Of a stretch of 64,000 nt of DNA, positions 44,390-54,492 are shown piece by piece. The DNA is taken from assembly GCA_041164425.1 (NCBI GenBank), contig JBEAPO010000127.1, forward strand, positions 47,586 to 111,585. The letters run 5' to 3'. Origin of the DNA: Actinomycetota bacterium (lineage in GTDB: Bacteria; Actinomycetota; Acidimicrobiia; Acidimicrobiales; Ilumatobacteraceae). The position numbers and the translations under genes were made by a program. The notes beneath the pieces are model-generated. The model ran no database searches. It was not told the DNA's origin and saw only the letters and a list, made by a program, of their open reading frames with translations. Positions within the stretch are counted from its first letter, which is position 1; each line of letters begins with the position of its first letter.

Positions 44390-45031
44390 ATGGGCTACCT
44401 GGGAGGATTCCTCGTCACCGTGCGTCAGCACGGCAAACGCAACCGCGTGACCACCGAGTACTCGGGTGGCCGCATGTTCCGTCGCGGCAAGAAGGAAAGT
44501 CGCGACGAGAAGATCGAAAAGCCCGAGCGTCTGCACGGACGTCACGTTCTCAACCGTTACGAGGACGGGATGGAAAAGTGCATCGGCTGCGAACTCTGCG
44601 CCGGCGTGTGTCCCGCCAAGTGCATCTACGTGCGGGGCAAGGACAACGATCCCGCCAATCCGACATCGCCCGGTGAACGCTTCGGTTTCGTCTACGAGAT
44701 CAACTACCTGCGCTGCATCCACTGTGACATGTGCGTGGAGGCGTGTCCGACAGAGGCGATCACCGAGACGAAGTTGTTCGAATTCTCTTTTACCAATCGC
44801 CGCGATGCGATCTACACCAAGTCGGAACTCCTCGTCGACGATTCCGGCAAGCCCCAGCACCTGCCGTGGGAGGACTGGCGTCCGGGTGAAGACCTGCACA
44901 CGTCGGGTTGGATGCGTGCGACATCGCCGAGCGGCGATGCCGACTTCGAGGGTGTCGTCGCATGGAGCGGTGAACTTGGCTACGGGGTGCGTGCGGCCGA
45001 GGCCGAGCAGTCCGAGAGGGATCGTCACTAG
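44390..45031 (+). CDS. nuoI: NADH-quinone oxidoreductase subunit I (operon 1)
   Basis: [12 protein letters not shown] and [12 protein letters not shown]. Confidence 0.9.
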   Translation: MGYLGGFLVTVRQHGKRNRVTTEYSGGRMFRRGKKESRDEKIEKPERLHGRHVLNRYEDGMEKCIGCELCAGVCPAKCIYVRGKDNDPANPTSPGERFGFVYEINYLRCIHCDMCVEACPTEAITETKLFEFSFTNRRDAIYTKSELLVDDSGKPQHLPWEDWRPGEDLHTSGWMRATSPSGDADFEGVVAWSGELGYGVRAAEAEQSERDRH

Positions 45032-45574
45032 ATGGAACTCTTCGTCTTCGTCTGCGCCGCCATCATGATTCTGGTGGGCGCACTCGGCGTGGTGTTGCGC
45101 TCGAATCCGGTGCACGCCGCGCTCAGCATGATCCTCACACTCTTCGGTGTGGCTGTGCTCTTCGTCGCGCGTGAAGCCAACTTCCTCGCGGCCGTGCAGG
45201 TGATCGTGTATGCGGGCGCGATCGTCGTTCTCTTCCTCTTCGTGATCATGCTCCTCGGCGTCGACCGTGCCGAAGATCTGCGCACCGAACCGCTCGGCAA
45301 CATCCAACGTCCTCTTGCACTCGTGCTCGGCGTCGGGATGTTCGCCGTACTCACGACCGCAGTCGTGCGATCACGCGACTCACTGCGCTTCAAGGGTGAG
45401 GGTGTTGCGACGGCAACCCTCGAGGATGCCGACGGCAACATCCGCCAAATTGCCCGGTCGATCTTCGGCGACTACGTGGTTGCGTTCGAACTCACGTCGG
45501 TGTTGCTCATCGTGGCCGTCGTGGGCACGGTCGTCCTGGCCCGCCGCCGCAAGTCTGAAAGGACGCCGTCGTGA
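45032..45574 (+). CDS. nuoJ: NADH-quinone oxidoreductase subunit J (operon 1)
   Basis: 180-aa hydrophobic protein. [21 protein letters not shown]...[18 protein letters not shown]. The position in the operon supports the call. Confidence 0.85.
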   Translation: MELFVFVCAAIMILVGALGVVLRSNPVHAALSMILTLFGVAVLFVAREANFLAAVQVIVYAGAIVVLFLFVIMLLGVDRAEDLRTEPLGNIQRPLALVLGVGMFAVLTTAVVRSRDSLRFKGEGVATATLEDADGNIRQIARSIFGDYVVAFELTSVLLIVAVVGTVVLARRRKSERTPS

Positions 45575-45891
45575 TTGCCGCCGCGGTTGTTCCCACCACG
45601 ACGTGGTACCTCGTTCTCGCGGCGGGGCTCTTCGCGATCGGCATGATCGGCGTCCTCGTGCGTCGGAATCCGCTCATCATGTTCATGTGCATCGAGCTCA
45701 TGTTGAACGCCGTGAACCTGACGTTCGTGGCGCTCGCCACCGAGCTCGCCGACATCAACGGCCAGACGGCCGTGTTCTTCGTTCTCGTCGTTGCCGCCGC
45801 GGAAGTCGTGGTCGGTCTCGGCATCATCGTTTCCATCATGCGTCGACGCCAGCAGGTGTCGGCCGACGACCTCGCGGCGCTGAAGGGTTGA
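45571..45891 (+). CDS. nuoK: NADH-quinone oxidoreductase subunit K (operon 1)
   Basis: [24 protein letters not shown]...[13 protein letters not shown]. Confidence 0.9.
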   Translation: MIAAAVVPTTTWYLVLAAGLFAIGMIGVLVRRNPLIMFMCIELMLNAVNLTFVALATELADINGQTAVFFVLVVAAAEVVVGLGIIVSIMRRRQQVSADDLAALKG

Positions 45892-45895
45892 TCAA

Positions 45896-47806
45896 ATGCT
45901 CGACGTCGTTTGGTTGATTCCCGCCCTGCCGCTTGCCGGCTTCATCCTCCTCGTACTTTTCGGCCGCCGTCTCGGCGAACCGAAGGCCGGCTACCTCGCC
46001 GCCGCGATGTGCGGTGGAGCGTTCGTGGTCACCGCGCTCACGTTCTTCGACATGCTGTCGAAGGATGCCGAAGAGCGGTCGCACGTGGTCGATCTCTTCT
46101 CGTGGATTCCCGTGGGTTCGCTCGAGGTGAAGATGGCCTTCCTCGCCGATCCGTTATCGATCACGATGGCGCTCTTCATCACCGGCATCGGCACGCTCAT
46201 CCATCTCTATGCCGTGGGTTACATGCACGGTGATCCGAAGTTCTCGAAGTTCTTCATCTATCTCAATCTCTTCGCGTTCTCGATGCTCATGCTCGTGCTC
46301 GGCGAGAACCTCCTCGTCACGTTCCTCGGCTGGGAGGGCGTGGGTACCTGCTCGTATTTCCTCATCTCCTTCTGGCACACGCGCGAAAGCGCAGCGACTG
46401 CGGGCAAAAAAGCGTTCGTCACCAACCGCGTCGGCGACTGGGGCGTAATGACCGCGATGTTCCTGGCATTTGCATCCGTGGGCACGCTGTCGTACAAGGG
46501 CATCAACGACGCCGCGATCGGTGGATCGCTCAGCCACGTCACTGCGACGGCCATCGCACTGATGCTCTTCATCGGAGCATGTGGCAAGAGCGCCCAGTTG
46601 CCGCTGTACATCTGGCTGCCCGACGCAATGGAAGGTCCGACACCCGTGTCGGCACTCATCCACGCGGCAACGATGGTCACCGCGGGTGTGTTCCTGATGA
46701 CCCGCATGAACCCGGTGATCCACGAGGCATACACGTGGGCACCGATGATCATTGCCGTCGTCGGAGCGGCAACCGCGCTGTTTGCTGCGACCATCGCCGT
46801 CGCGCAGAACGACATCAAGAAGGTCCTCGCGTATTCGACCGTGTCGCAACTGGGTTACATGTTCCTCGCGGTCGGATCGGGTGCCTACATCGCGGCGATC
46901 TTCCACATGATCACCCACGCGTTCTTCAAGGCGCTCCTCTTCCTCGGTTCGGGTTCGGTCATCCACGGCATGCACCATGAACAAGACATGCGTCGCATGG
47001 GAGCCCTGCGCAAGCTCATGCCGGTCACCGCGGTCACCTTCATCATCGGGTGGCTGGCGATTGCGGGCGTGCCGCCGTTCGCCGGGTTCTGGTCGAAAGA
47101 CGAGATCCTTCTCTACGTTTACGCCAACAACCGCGGGCTCTACGTCGTCGGTCTCGTCACCGCACTGCTCACCGCCTACTACATGACGCGTCAGGTGATC
47201 ATGGTGTTCTTCGGCGAGGCGCGCTGGAACGACCACAGCGAGGAGCACGGTGCGCACGGCGACTTCAAGCCCCATGAGAGCCCGCGCATCATGTTGATGC
47301 CGCTCGTGGTTCTCGCCGGTTTGTCGATCGTCGGCGGCGTGTTGCAGTTGCCGTTCACGAAGGATCTCCACTTCCTCGAGAAGTGGCTCGAACCGGTCGT
47401 CGAACACGGCGAGGCGCACATCACCGGTTCGTGGGCGTACGACAACAAGTATCTCCTCATGGGCGTGGCGATCGTCGTTGCGCTTGCAGGTATCGCGGTC
47501 GCGGTCGGTGTCTACGGCAAGAAGAAGTTGAGGGCAATGGAGCCCGAAATCCTCGCCAATGGCTGGTTCTATGACCGCCTGGTGTCGAACTTCATGGGTG
47601 GACCCGGACGTCGTTCGTTCGACGCGGTTGCCTGGGCCGATGCGAACATCATTGATGGCGCGGTTCGTGGCACCGGTGTGGCCGTGCGATCGACCAGTGG
47701 CGTCGTGCGCAGGGTGCAGAGCGGCTTCGTGCGCGCCTATGCCGCGATCATTGCGATTGCGGTGATCCTCATGTTGGTGTGGTTCGTCTACAGGGGGATC
47801 GCATGA
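45896..47806 (+). CDS. nuoL: NADH-quinone oxidoreductase subunit L (operon 1)
   Basis: 636 aa. GWEGVGTCSYFLISFW...KSAQLPLYIWLPDAMEGPTPVSALIHAATMVTAGV. Confidence 0.9.
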   Translation: MLDVVWLIPALPLAGFILLVLFGRRLGEPKAGYLAAAMCGGAFVVTALTFFDMLSKDAEERSHVVDLFSWIPVGSLEVKMAFLADPLSITMALFITGIGTLIHLYAVGYMHGDPKFSKFFIYLNLFAFSMLMLVLGENLLVTFLGWEGVGTCSYFLISFWHTRESAATAGKKAFVTNRVGDWGVMTAMFLAFASVGTLSYKGINDAAIGGSLSHVTATAIALMLFIGACGKSAQLPLYIWLPDAMEGPTPVSALIHAATMVTAGVFLMTRMNPVIHEAYTWAPMIIAVVGAATALFAATIAVAQNDIKKVLAYSTVSQLGYMFLAVGSGAYIAAIFHMITHAFFKALLFLGSGSVIHGMHHEQDMRRMGALRKLMPVTAVTFIIGWLAIAGVPPFAGFWSKDEILLYVYANNRGLYVVGLVTALLTAYYMTRQVIMVFFGEARWNDHSEEHGAHGDFKPHESPRIMLMPLVVLAGLSIVGGVLQLPFTKDLHFLEKWLEPVVEHGEAHITGSWAYDNKYLLMGVAIVVALAGIAVAVGVYGKKKLRAMEPEILANGWFYDRLVSNFMGGPGRRSFDAVAWADANIIDGAVRGTGVAVRSTSGVVRRVQSGFVRAYAAIIAIAVILMLVWFVYRGIA

Positions 47807-49431
47807 TGTTCGCCGCCGAAGCCGCACACGGGTCGACCCTGACGTTCCCGATTCTCACCGCGCTCGTGTTGATTCCCGCCCTCGGCGGCATTCTCACGAT
47901 TCTCACCAGCAACCGTCGTCCCGAGGCGACGAAGTTCGTTGCCCTCGTCGCCAGCACCGTCACGGCCGGTCTCAGCATCTGGTTGCTCTCTTCGTTCGAA
48001 ACCGCCGATGCGGGATTCCAGTTCGTCTCGCAGCACCCGTGGATCCGTGACTGGGGGATCGGGTGGCACGTCGGCGTCGACGGAATCTCGCTGTTTCTTG
48101 TCGTCCTGACGGGTCTGTTGTTCCCGCTGGTCATTGCCGGCATCGACCCGCACCACGACCACAAGCGCTACCTCGGATGGATGCTGGTGCTCGAAGCGGG
48201 CGTCATGGGCAGCTTCATCAGCCTCGACCTTTTCCTCTTTTTCCTGTTCTTCGAGATCGTTCTTGTGCCGATGTACTTCCTCATCGGCGGATGGGGTTAC
48301 GACCAGCGCGTGTACGCGGCGACGAAGTTCTTCCTCTACACGATGTTCGGCTCGGCCTTCATGCTCGTTGGAATCATCGCAACCGCGGTACTCGCCAAGA
48401 ACAGTCTCGGCTACGTCACCTTCGACCTCGTGAAACTCGCCGAGAGTGCGGAGTTCGCTGCGTCGACGGGGCGTTGGCTCTTCATGGCATTTGCCATCGC
48501 CTTTGCGGTGAAGGTTCCACTCTTTCCGTTGCACACGTGGCTGCCCGATGCACACACCCAGGCACCCACCGGCGGCTCGGTCATCCTCGCGGGCGTGCTT
48601 TTAAAACTCGGCACGTACGGCTTCCTCCGCTTCGGTCTCTATCTCTTCCCCGAGGCATCGGTCTGGGCGCGTCCGTTGTTCCTTACCCTTGCGGTCATCG
48701 GCATTCTCTGGGGCGCCATCGCGGCAACCATGCAGAAAGACCTGAAGCGCCTCGTCGCCTACTCCTCGGTTGCCCACCTCGGTTTCATCGTCCTCGGTAC
48801 GTTCGCGTTCACGTCGCAGGCCATCACCGGTGGTGTCATGCAGATGGTCAACCACGGCATCTCGACCGGCGCGCTCTTCCTGCTCGTCGGGATGATTTAC
48901 GAGCGCCGTCACACGCGCGAGATCTCGCAGTTGAAGGGTCTCCAATCCGTCGCGCCGATCTTCGCCGCGGCATTCATGGTCGTCATGCTGTCGTCGATTG
49001 GAGTGCCCGGCCTCAACGGTTTCGTCGGCGAGTTCCTCATTCTCATCGGATCGTTCGGAAATGCACGGTGGTGGGTGGTCGTTGGTGCAACCGGTGTGAT
49101 CCTCGCCGCGCTCTACCTGCTGTGGGCTTACCAACGTGTCTTCCACGGTGAGCCCGACGAGGAGAATTCCTCGTTCGCCGAACTGCGACCCCGTGAAGGA
49201 CTGTTGCTTCTCACGTTCATCGCGGCGATCGTATTCACCGGCGTCTTCCCGAAGCCGATGCTCGACCGTATCGAGCCCAGCGTGAAGGCCCTTGTCGCCC
49301 ACGTCGAAGACCACACCGGTCGTACGCTCGAGTTCGAGGAGAAGGAAATCGCCCCCGTCGAACACTCGGGGGATCACTCCGATGACAAGTCCCAGTCAGA
49401 TGAGTCGGATTCCGAAGGGCACGGAGGCTGA
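47803..49431 (+). CDS. nuoM: NADH-quinone oxidoreductase subunit M (operon 1)
   Basis: ATGA overlap start. FFEIVLVPMYFLIGGWG...KVPLFPLHTWLPDAHTQAPTGGSVILAGVLLKLGTYG. Acidic/His C-terminal tail EHSGDHSDDKSQSDESDSEGHGG. Confidence 0.9.
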   Translation: MMFAAEAAHGSTLTFPILTALVLIPALGGILTILTSNRRPEATKFVALVASTVTAGLSIWLLSSFETADAGFQFVSQHPWIRDWGIGWHVGVDGISLFLVVLTGLLFPLVIAGIDPHHDHKRYLGWMLVLEAGVMGSFISLDLFLFFLFFEIVLVPMYFLIGGWGYDQRVYAATKFFLYTMFGSAFMLVGIIATAVLAKNSLGYVTFDLVKLAESAEFAASTGRWLFMAFAIAFAVKVPLFPLHTWLPDAHTQAPTGGSVILAGVLLKLGTYGFLRFGLYLFPEASVWARPLFLTLAVIGILWGAIAATMQKDLKRLVAYSSVAHLGFIVLGTFAFTSQAITGGVMQMVNHGISTGALFLLVGMIYERRHTREISQLKGLQSVAPIFAAAFMVVMLSSIGVPGLNGFVGEFLILIGSFGNARWWVVVGATGVILAALYLLWAYQRVFHGEPDEENSSFAELRPREGLLLLTFIAAIVFTGVFPKPMLDRIEPSVKALVAHVEDHTGRTLEFEEKEIAPVEHSGDHSDDKSQSDESDSEGHGG

Positions 49432-49433
49432 CG

Positions 49434-50945
49434 ATGTTCGCTGCTGAAACCCTCGCCGGGCCCTCGATCCCGTGGTTCAATCTCAGTCCGCTGTTGGCCT
49501 TGCTCGCCGGAGCGTGTGTTTTGATGCTCGGTGGATCGCTGCTGCCGCAGTGGCCGCGTGGTTTGTACGGCATCGTCAGTGCGGCAACGGCCGCGACGTC
49601 GATCGTTTTGTGCTTCTTCCTCTGGGACAATCTCTCCGATGGTCGTCCAGAAACGATCGTCAACGATGCACTCGCATTCGATCACTTCGCGGTTCTCGGA
49701 ACGATCACGATCTGTGTGGCGGTGCTTCTCGCCAGTTTGACGACGAGTGACTATCTCGTGCGCGAGGGTGAAGACGGACCAGAGCTGTTCGTGCTGTACC
49801 TCGCTGCAGCCATCGGTGGCATCGTCATGGTGGCGTCACAGGACCTCATTGTTCTGTTCCTCGGCCTCGAGACCCTCAGCCTCGCGTTGTACGTCCTCGC
49901 GGCGAGCAACCGCCGTCGCGAGGAAAGCCAGGAGGCGGGTCTCAAGTACTTCATCCTCGGCGGTTTCTCGTCGGCGTTCTTCCTCTACGGAATCGCGCTC
50001 ATCTACGGTGCGACGAAGCACACCAATCTCGGCCGCATCATGGAGTCGCTGTCGACCGAGCAGGTGTTCCCGCGTAACGACGTGTTGTTGCTCGTCGGTG
50101 TCGGTCTGCTCCTCGTCGGTCTTGCATTCAAGGTCGCCGCGGTGCCCTTCCAGGTGTGGACCCCCGACGTCTACCAGGGTGCTCCGACGCCCGTCACATC
50201 GTTCATGGCGTCGGCCGGCAAGACGGCGGCGTTTGCCGCGTTGTTGCGTGTCAGTGTGACCGCCCTCGAGAGTCGTGTCGACGACTGGCGCCCGGTCGTC
50301 TGGGTGCTCGCCGTTCTCAGCCTCGTCGTCGGGTCGGTGCTCGCCGTCACGCAAACCAATGTGAAGCGCATGCTCGCGTACTCGTCGATCAGCCACGCCG
50401 GCTTCATCCTGCTCGGTGTCGAAGCCGCGTCACACACCTCGTCGTCGAGCGCAGGCGACGGCATCGCATCGGCGATGACGTATCTGCTGCTCTACACGGT
50501 CCTCGTCATCGGAACCTTCACGATCGTCGGCCTCGTCGCCGGCCAGGGTGACGGCGCATCGAATCTCACCGACTTCCGCGGACTCGGTCGTCGTCGTCCG
50601 GCACTCGCGCTCGCGCTCACGGTTTTCCTTCTCGCCCAAGCCGGCATGCCACTGACGTCGGGCTTCGTCGCCAAGTTCGGCGTCATCCGCGCGGCGATCG
50701 AGACGCACAGCTATGCGATCGCAATCATCGCGATGCTGGCGTCGGTAATCGGTGCCTACCTCTACCTACGCATCATGGTGAGCGCATGGATGGAAGACGC
50801 CGAAGGCGAAGAAGCGGCGCCGAAGGTTCCGTTCCTCTCGGGTCTAGCGGTCACCGCGGCCGTCGTGTTCACGCTGGTCGTCGGGGTTGTTCCGGGTTGG
50901 TTGCTCGACGCGACGCGTCAGGTGATCTCGCTCGCCGGTCGCTGA
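49434..50945 (+). CDS. nuoN: NADH-quinone oxidoreductase subunit N (operon 1)
   Basis: 503 aa. LGLETLSLALYVLAA...FKVAAVPFQVWTPDVYQGAPTPVTSFMA. Confidence 0.9.
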   Translation: MFAAETLAGPSIPWFNLSPLLALLAGACVLMLGGSLLPQWPRGLYGIVSAATAATSIVLCFFLWDNLSDGRPETIVNDALAFDHFAVLGTITICVAVLLASLTTSDYLVREGEDGPELFVLYLAAAIGGIVMVASQDLIVLFLGLETLSLALYVLAASNRRREESQEAGLKYFILGGFSSAFFLYGIALIYGATKHTNLGRIMESLSTEQVFPRNDVLLLVGVGLLLVGLAFKVAAVPFQVWTPDVYQGAPTPVTSFMASAGKTAAFAALLRVSVTALESRVDDWRPVVWVLAVLSLVVGSVLAVTQTNVKRMLAYSSISHAGFILLGVEAASHTSSSSAGDGIASAMTYLLLYTVLVIGTFTIVGLVAGQGDGASNLTDFRGLGRRRPALALALTVFLLAQAGMPLTSGFVAKFGVIRAAIETHSYAIAIIAMLASVIGAYLYLRIMVSAWMEDAEGEEAAPKVPFLSGLAVTAAVVFTLVVGVVPGWLLDATRQVISLAGR

Positions 50946-50957
50946 GGCAACCTCTCG

Positions 50958-52166
50958 TCAGCGTTCGAGTTCCTCGACCTCGTAACCCGCGCTGCGCGCC
51001 GCGTCGACGACGTTGTCGGCGTGTTCGATGCCACGTGTCTCGAGGACGATCTGTACACCGGTTTCGCGAACATGGAGATCGACACCTTCGCGCACGTGCT
51101 CGACTTCGATGAGGTTCGCACCCTGGCCGGCCAGCAACGTGAGAAGGTTTGCGAGTCCACCCGGTCGGTCGGGAATACGCGCGAAGAGCAACAATCGTCG
51201 ACCGGCCTGTGTTTCGTGACGGCGAACGAGACCCGGCAGTAGGCCAAGATCGACGTTGCCCCCGGACAAGACGACGCATGTGACACCGTCGGTCGCGGGA
51301 CGCACGAGTCCACGCATCAACGCGGCGGCGCCGACTCCGCCACCACCCTCCACCAGCAACTTGCCACGTTCCATGAGAAGGATCATCGCGTCGGCGACGT
51401 CGTCTTCTTCCACGACCACGACGTCGTCGACGAATTCCTCGATGATGGGACGGGTCACCGCACCGGGCTTCTTCACGGCGATGCCGTCGGCGAGGGTGAC
51501 AACGGGTCCTTCGGGCGCAGGGAGGTGTGCGTACGGCGCGCACACCGACACCTGCACACCGATCACGCGAATACGAGGGTCGTGTTGTTTCAATGCGATC
51601 GCAGCACCACCGGTGAGTCCGCCACCGCCGAGCGGGATGATCACCGTGCGCAGATCGGCAATGTCTTCGACGAGTTCGAGGCCGAGAGTCGCCTGGCCCG
51701 CGACAACCGCGGGGTCGTCGTACGGATGGCAGAAGTTCATGCCCGTGGCGGCGGCGCGTTCCTTTGCAAGCGCGACCGCGTTGTCGAGTGAGTCACCGCC
51801 CTCCGAGATCGTCGCACCGTAGGCGCGGCATGCGGCGATCTTGGAAATCGAAGCACCGGCGGGTACGAAAATCTCGCATGCGATGCCGTTCACCTGGGCA
51901 GCAAAAGCGATCGCCTGCGCATGATTGCCCGCGCTGCCCGCGACGACACCGCTCGAAGCGCTCGGACCGAGCGACGCCACCTTGTTCATTGCGCCGCGGA
52001 TCTTGAATGAACCCGTCCGTTGGAGGTTTTCGGCTTTCAGGACGATGTTGCCGCCGCATCGCGCCGTGAGCGCGGCCGACTCGGTGATGGGAGTTCGCTT
52101 GACGTAAGCCGCGCCCGCTGCACGTGCCGCGAGGATCTGGTCACGAGTGATTGGTGCCGATCCCAT
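50958..52166 (-). CDS. ilvA: Threonine ammonia-lyase (PLP-dependent, with C-terminal regulatory domain)
   Basis: LKAENLQRTGSFKIRGAMNK (PLP Lys), GSAGNHAQA, and a C-terminal ACT-like segment. Confidence 0.85.
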   Translation of the reverse strand: MGSAPITRDQILAARAAGAAYVKRTPITESAALTARCGGNIVLKAENLQRTGSFKIRGAMNKVASLGPSASSGVVAGSAGNHAQAIAFAAQVNGIACEIFVPAGASISKIAACRAYGATISEGGDSLDNAVALAKERAAATGMNFCHPYDDPAVVAGQATLGLELVEDIADLRTVIIPLGGGGLTGGAAIALKQHDPRIRVIGVQVSVCAPYAHLPAPEGPVVTLADGIAVKKPGAVTRPIIEEFVDDVVVVEEDDVADAMILLMERGKLLVEGGGGVGAAALMRGLVRPATDGVTCVVLSGGNVDLGLLPGLVRRHETQAGRRLLLFARIPDRPGGLANLLTLLAGQGANLIEVEHVREGVDLHVRETGVQIVLETRGIEHADNVVDAARSAGYEVEELER

Positions 52167-52185
52167 TCGGAATTACCGTACCCCC

Positions 52186-52857
52186 GTGCGCGCGATCATG
52201 ATTGCCAACCATGCCGACGCCGATGGCGGCGAAGTAGCGGCGCGCTTCGAGCAACACGGGTGGGTTTTTGAAACCTGGAACCGCGAGGATGCTCCCGACT
52301 GGGATCCATTACCCGGCGACGTCGGTCTCGTCGTACCTCTCGGTTCGGACTGGTCGGTGTACTGGGCCGACATCGCCCCGAACGTCGCGGCCGAGTCGGC
52401 CCTGCTGCGAGCGGCCCACACCCGTGGGGTACCGATTTTCGGCATCTGCTTCGGGGGCCAGATGTTGGCCCACGCACTTGGTGGGACGGTCGAACGGTCG
52501 CCTGAACCAGAAATTGGATGGTTTTCCGTCGATTTCGGCCAAAAACTGGCAAAGTTTGGACAAGAAGTCTGGTTTCAGTGGCATTACGACCGGTTCGTGC
52601 CCCCGACGGGGGCAGAGGTTCTGGCCACCAGTGCCCAAGGAACCCAGGCCTTCATCATGGGTCGCAGCCTGGGGCTGCAGTTCCATCCCGAGATCACCCC
52701 GCGGATCGTCGAGCGTTGGTCGGCGGGCCAGGGGGAGGCCGAACTCGAGCGGGTCGGCATCGACCGCGCAGGGCTCATCGCCGCGACTCGTTCACATGCG
52801 CACGTGGCGGCAACGGTCGCGCATCGCCTCGTCGACTGGTTCCTCGCGAGCGTGTGA
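52186..52857 (+). CDS. Class I glutamine amidotransferase-like protein
   Basis: GVPIFGICFGGQMLAHALGG (nucleophile Cys) and LGLQFHPEITP (His/Glu). The start is uncertain: GTG 52147, GTG 52186 and ATG 52198 are all in frame. Confidence 0.75.
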   Translation: MRAIMIANHADADGGEVAARFEQHGWVFETWNREDAPDWDPLPGDVGLVVPLGSDWSVYWADIAPNVAAESALLRAAHTRGVPIFGICFGGQMLAHALGGTVERSPEPEIGWFSVDFGQKLAKFGQEVWFQWHYDRFVPPTGAEVLATSAQGTQAFIMGRSLGLQFHPEITPRIVERWSAGQGEAELERVGIDRAGLIAATRSHAHVAATVAHRLVDWFLASV

Positions 52858-52943
52858 CCGACTCGCTGGCGTACACACGTCAGGCTCAGCAACATCACGC
52901 CTATTTCTGTCCTGACGGGGGGTGGGTAGTAGTTTCGGAGGCG

Positions 52944-53309
52944 ATGTCCCCCTTCTTGCGGTCATACCTCACCGTCGTGTGGTTCGGCCTCGCGGCCTTC
53001 CTTCTCGGCGGATTGCTTTTGTGGCTCGCCTCGTTGCTGCGGCCGGTCAAGCCGACCCCGGAAAAGGTCCTCGCCTACGAGAGTGGTGTCGATCCGGTGG
53101 GCGAAGGATGGTCGCAAAGCCAGATCCGCTATTACGTCTTCGCACTCCTCTTTGTCGTGTTCGACGTCGAGGCGGTGTTTCTCTTCCCGTGGGCGACGCA
53201 ACTCGAGCGTTATGGGTCGTTCGGTCTGGTCGAAATGGGCGTTTTCGTCGCGGTCCTGCTGCTCGGACTCGTGTACGCATGGCGCAAGGGGGTCCTGCGC
53301 TGGGTCTAG
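52944..53309 (+). CDS. nuoA: Complex I-like subunit A (operon 2)
   Basis: ATG at 52944 after GGAGG, inside track ORF 52518..53309. YESGVDPVGEGWSQSQIRYYVFALLFVVFDVEAVFLFPWA. Confidence 0.85.
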   Translation: MSPFLRSYLTVVWFGLAAFLLGGLLLWLASLLRPVKPTPEKVLAYESGVDPVGEGWSQSQIRYYVFALLFVVFDVEAVFLFPWATQLERYGSFGLVEMGVFVAVLLLGLVYAWRKGVLRWV

Positions 53310-53345
53310 GCCGCGCAGGAGTCAGAACGGATCAAAGGAAAAGAC

Positions 53346-53897
53346 ATGGGACTCGTAGATCGTGGGCGACTGCCCAAATCACTGAATTCACTGTTCAACC
53401 TCGGGCGTTCGTATTCGCTCTGGGTGTATCAGTGGGGCCTTGCCTGTTGCGCAATCGAAATGGGTGCCGCCTTCGGCTCACCTCGTTACGACGTGATGCG
53501 TCTCGGCGTCATCCCGCTGCCGGCTAGTCCGCGGCAGGCCGACCTCGTCGTGATTTCGGGAACCGTCACCGACAAGATGGCACCAGCGGTCAAACGTCTC
53601 TACGAGCAGATGCCCGAGCCGAAGTACGTGATCTCGATGGGCAGCTGCGCGAACTGTGGCGGGCCGTACTGGGACAGCTATTCGGTGACGAAGGGCGTCG
53701 ACCAGATCATTCCCGTCGACGTGTACGTACCGGGATGCCCGCCGCGTCCGGAGGCATTGCTCGAGGGCATCGTTCTCCTGCAGCAACGCATCAAGAACGA
53801 AGACATGGGCGCACGTTGGCGTGGTGAAGGAACCGTCTCGCTCGCCGCATCCGCCGAAGCCGAGCGCAAGGGAGAACCCGTTGTCGTCGCTCGCTGA
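53346..53897 (+). CDS. nuoB: Complex I-like subunit B (operon 2)
   Basis: [13 protein letters not shown]...[12 protein letters not shown]...VPGCPPRPE. Confidence 0.9.
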   Translation: MGLVDRGRLPKSLNSLFNLGRSYSLWVYQWGLACCAIEMGAAFGSPRYDVMRLGVIPLPASPRQADLVVISGTVTDKMAPAVKRLYEQMPEPKYVISMGSCANCGGPYWDSYSVTKGVDQIIPVDVYVPGCPPRPEALLEGIVLLQQRIKNEDMGARWRGEGTVSLAASAEAERKGEPVVVAR

Positions 53898-54492
53898 AAT
53901 CACTGCCGCACTCGGCGATGTCATCGAGGAGTCGTTCGAAAAGGGTCCGGAAGGCAACGTCGACACGTGGATTCGCGTCAAGACTGAATCGTGGCGCGAC
54001 GCCGCACGCTCGTTGCGCGAGAAGCTCGGCTATGACTACTTCTGTTTCCTCTCGGCAATCGACTGGATGCCATCGCCGTACGGCCGTGGTGAGGAAGACC
54101 CGACCGTCGAACGCGAGCCGATCGACTCGACGGTCCGTCAGGGCTACGCCGGCGGTGCCACGCGCATGCAGGTGTTCGCACGTCTGGTCAACCACCGCAC
54201 GCGTCACGGCGTCACCTTGAAAGCCGACGTACCCGACGACTCGATGGCGGTCGATTCGTGGGTGGGTGTTTTCGCCGGCGCGAACTGGCACGAGCGCGAA
54301 ACGCACGAGATGTTCGGTATCGATTTCGCCGGACATCCCGATCTGCGGAACATGTATCTGCCCACTGACTTCGAGGGTTACCCATTGCGCAAGGACTTCC
54401 CGTTGCTCGCACGCATCGTGAAGCCGTGGCCGGGAATCGTCGACGTCGAACCGCTGCCCGGTGGCGGCGATGACGAAGGAGTCGCCGAATGA
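53881..54492 (+). CDS. nuoC: Complex I-like subunit C (operon 2)
   Basis: TTG at 53881 after [48 protein letters not shown]. Confidence 0.8.
   Translation: MSSLAEITAALGDVIEESFEKGPEGNVDTWIRVKTESWRDAARSLREKLGYDYFCFLSAIDWMPSPYGRGEEDPTVEREPIDSTVRQGYAGGATRMQVFARLVNHRTRHGVTLKADVPDDSMAVDSWVGVFAGANWHERETHEMFGIDFAGHPDLRNMYLPTDFEGYPLRKDFPLLARIVKPWPGIVDVEPLPGGGDDEGVAE

Noticed and set aside
39307-47827. Long minus-strand ORFs opposite the nuo genes of operon 1: 39307..40836 (509 aa), 43802..45307 (501 aa) and 46154..47827 (557 aa).
   Set aside because: Their Arg/Asp/His/Glu-rich, motif-less sequences are antisense to strongly supported nuo genes. They are high-GC shadow ORFs.
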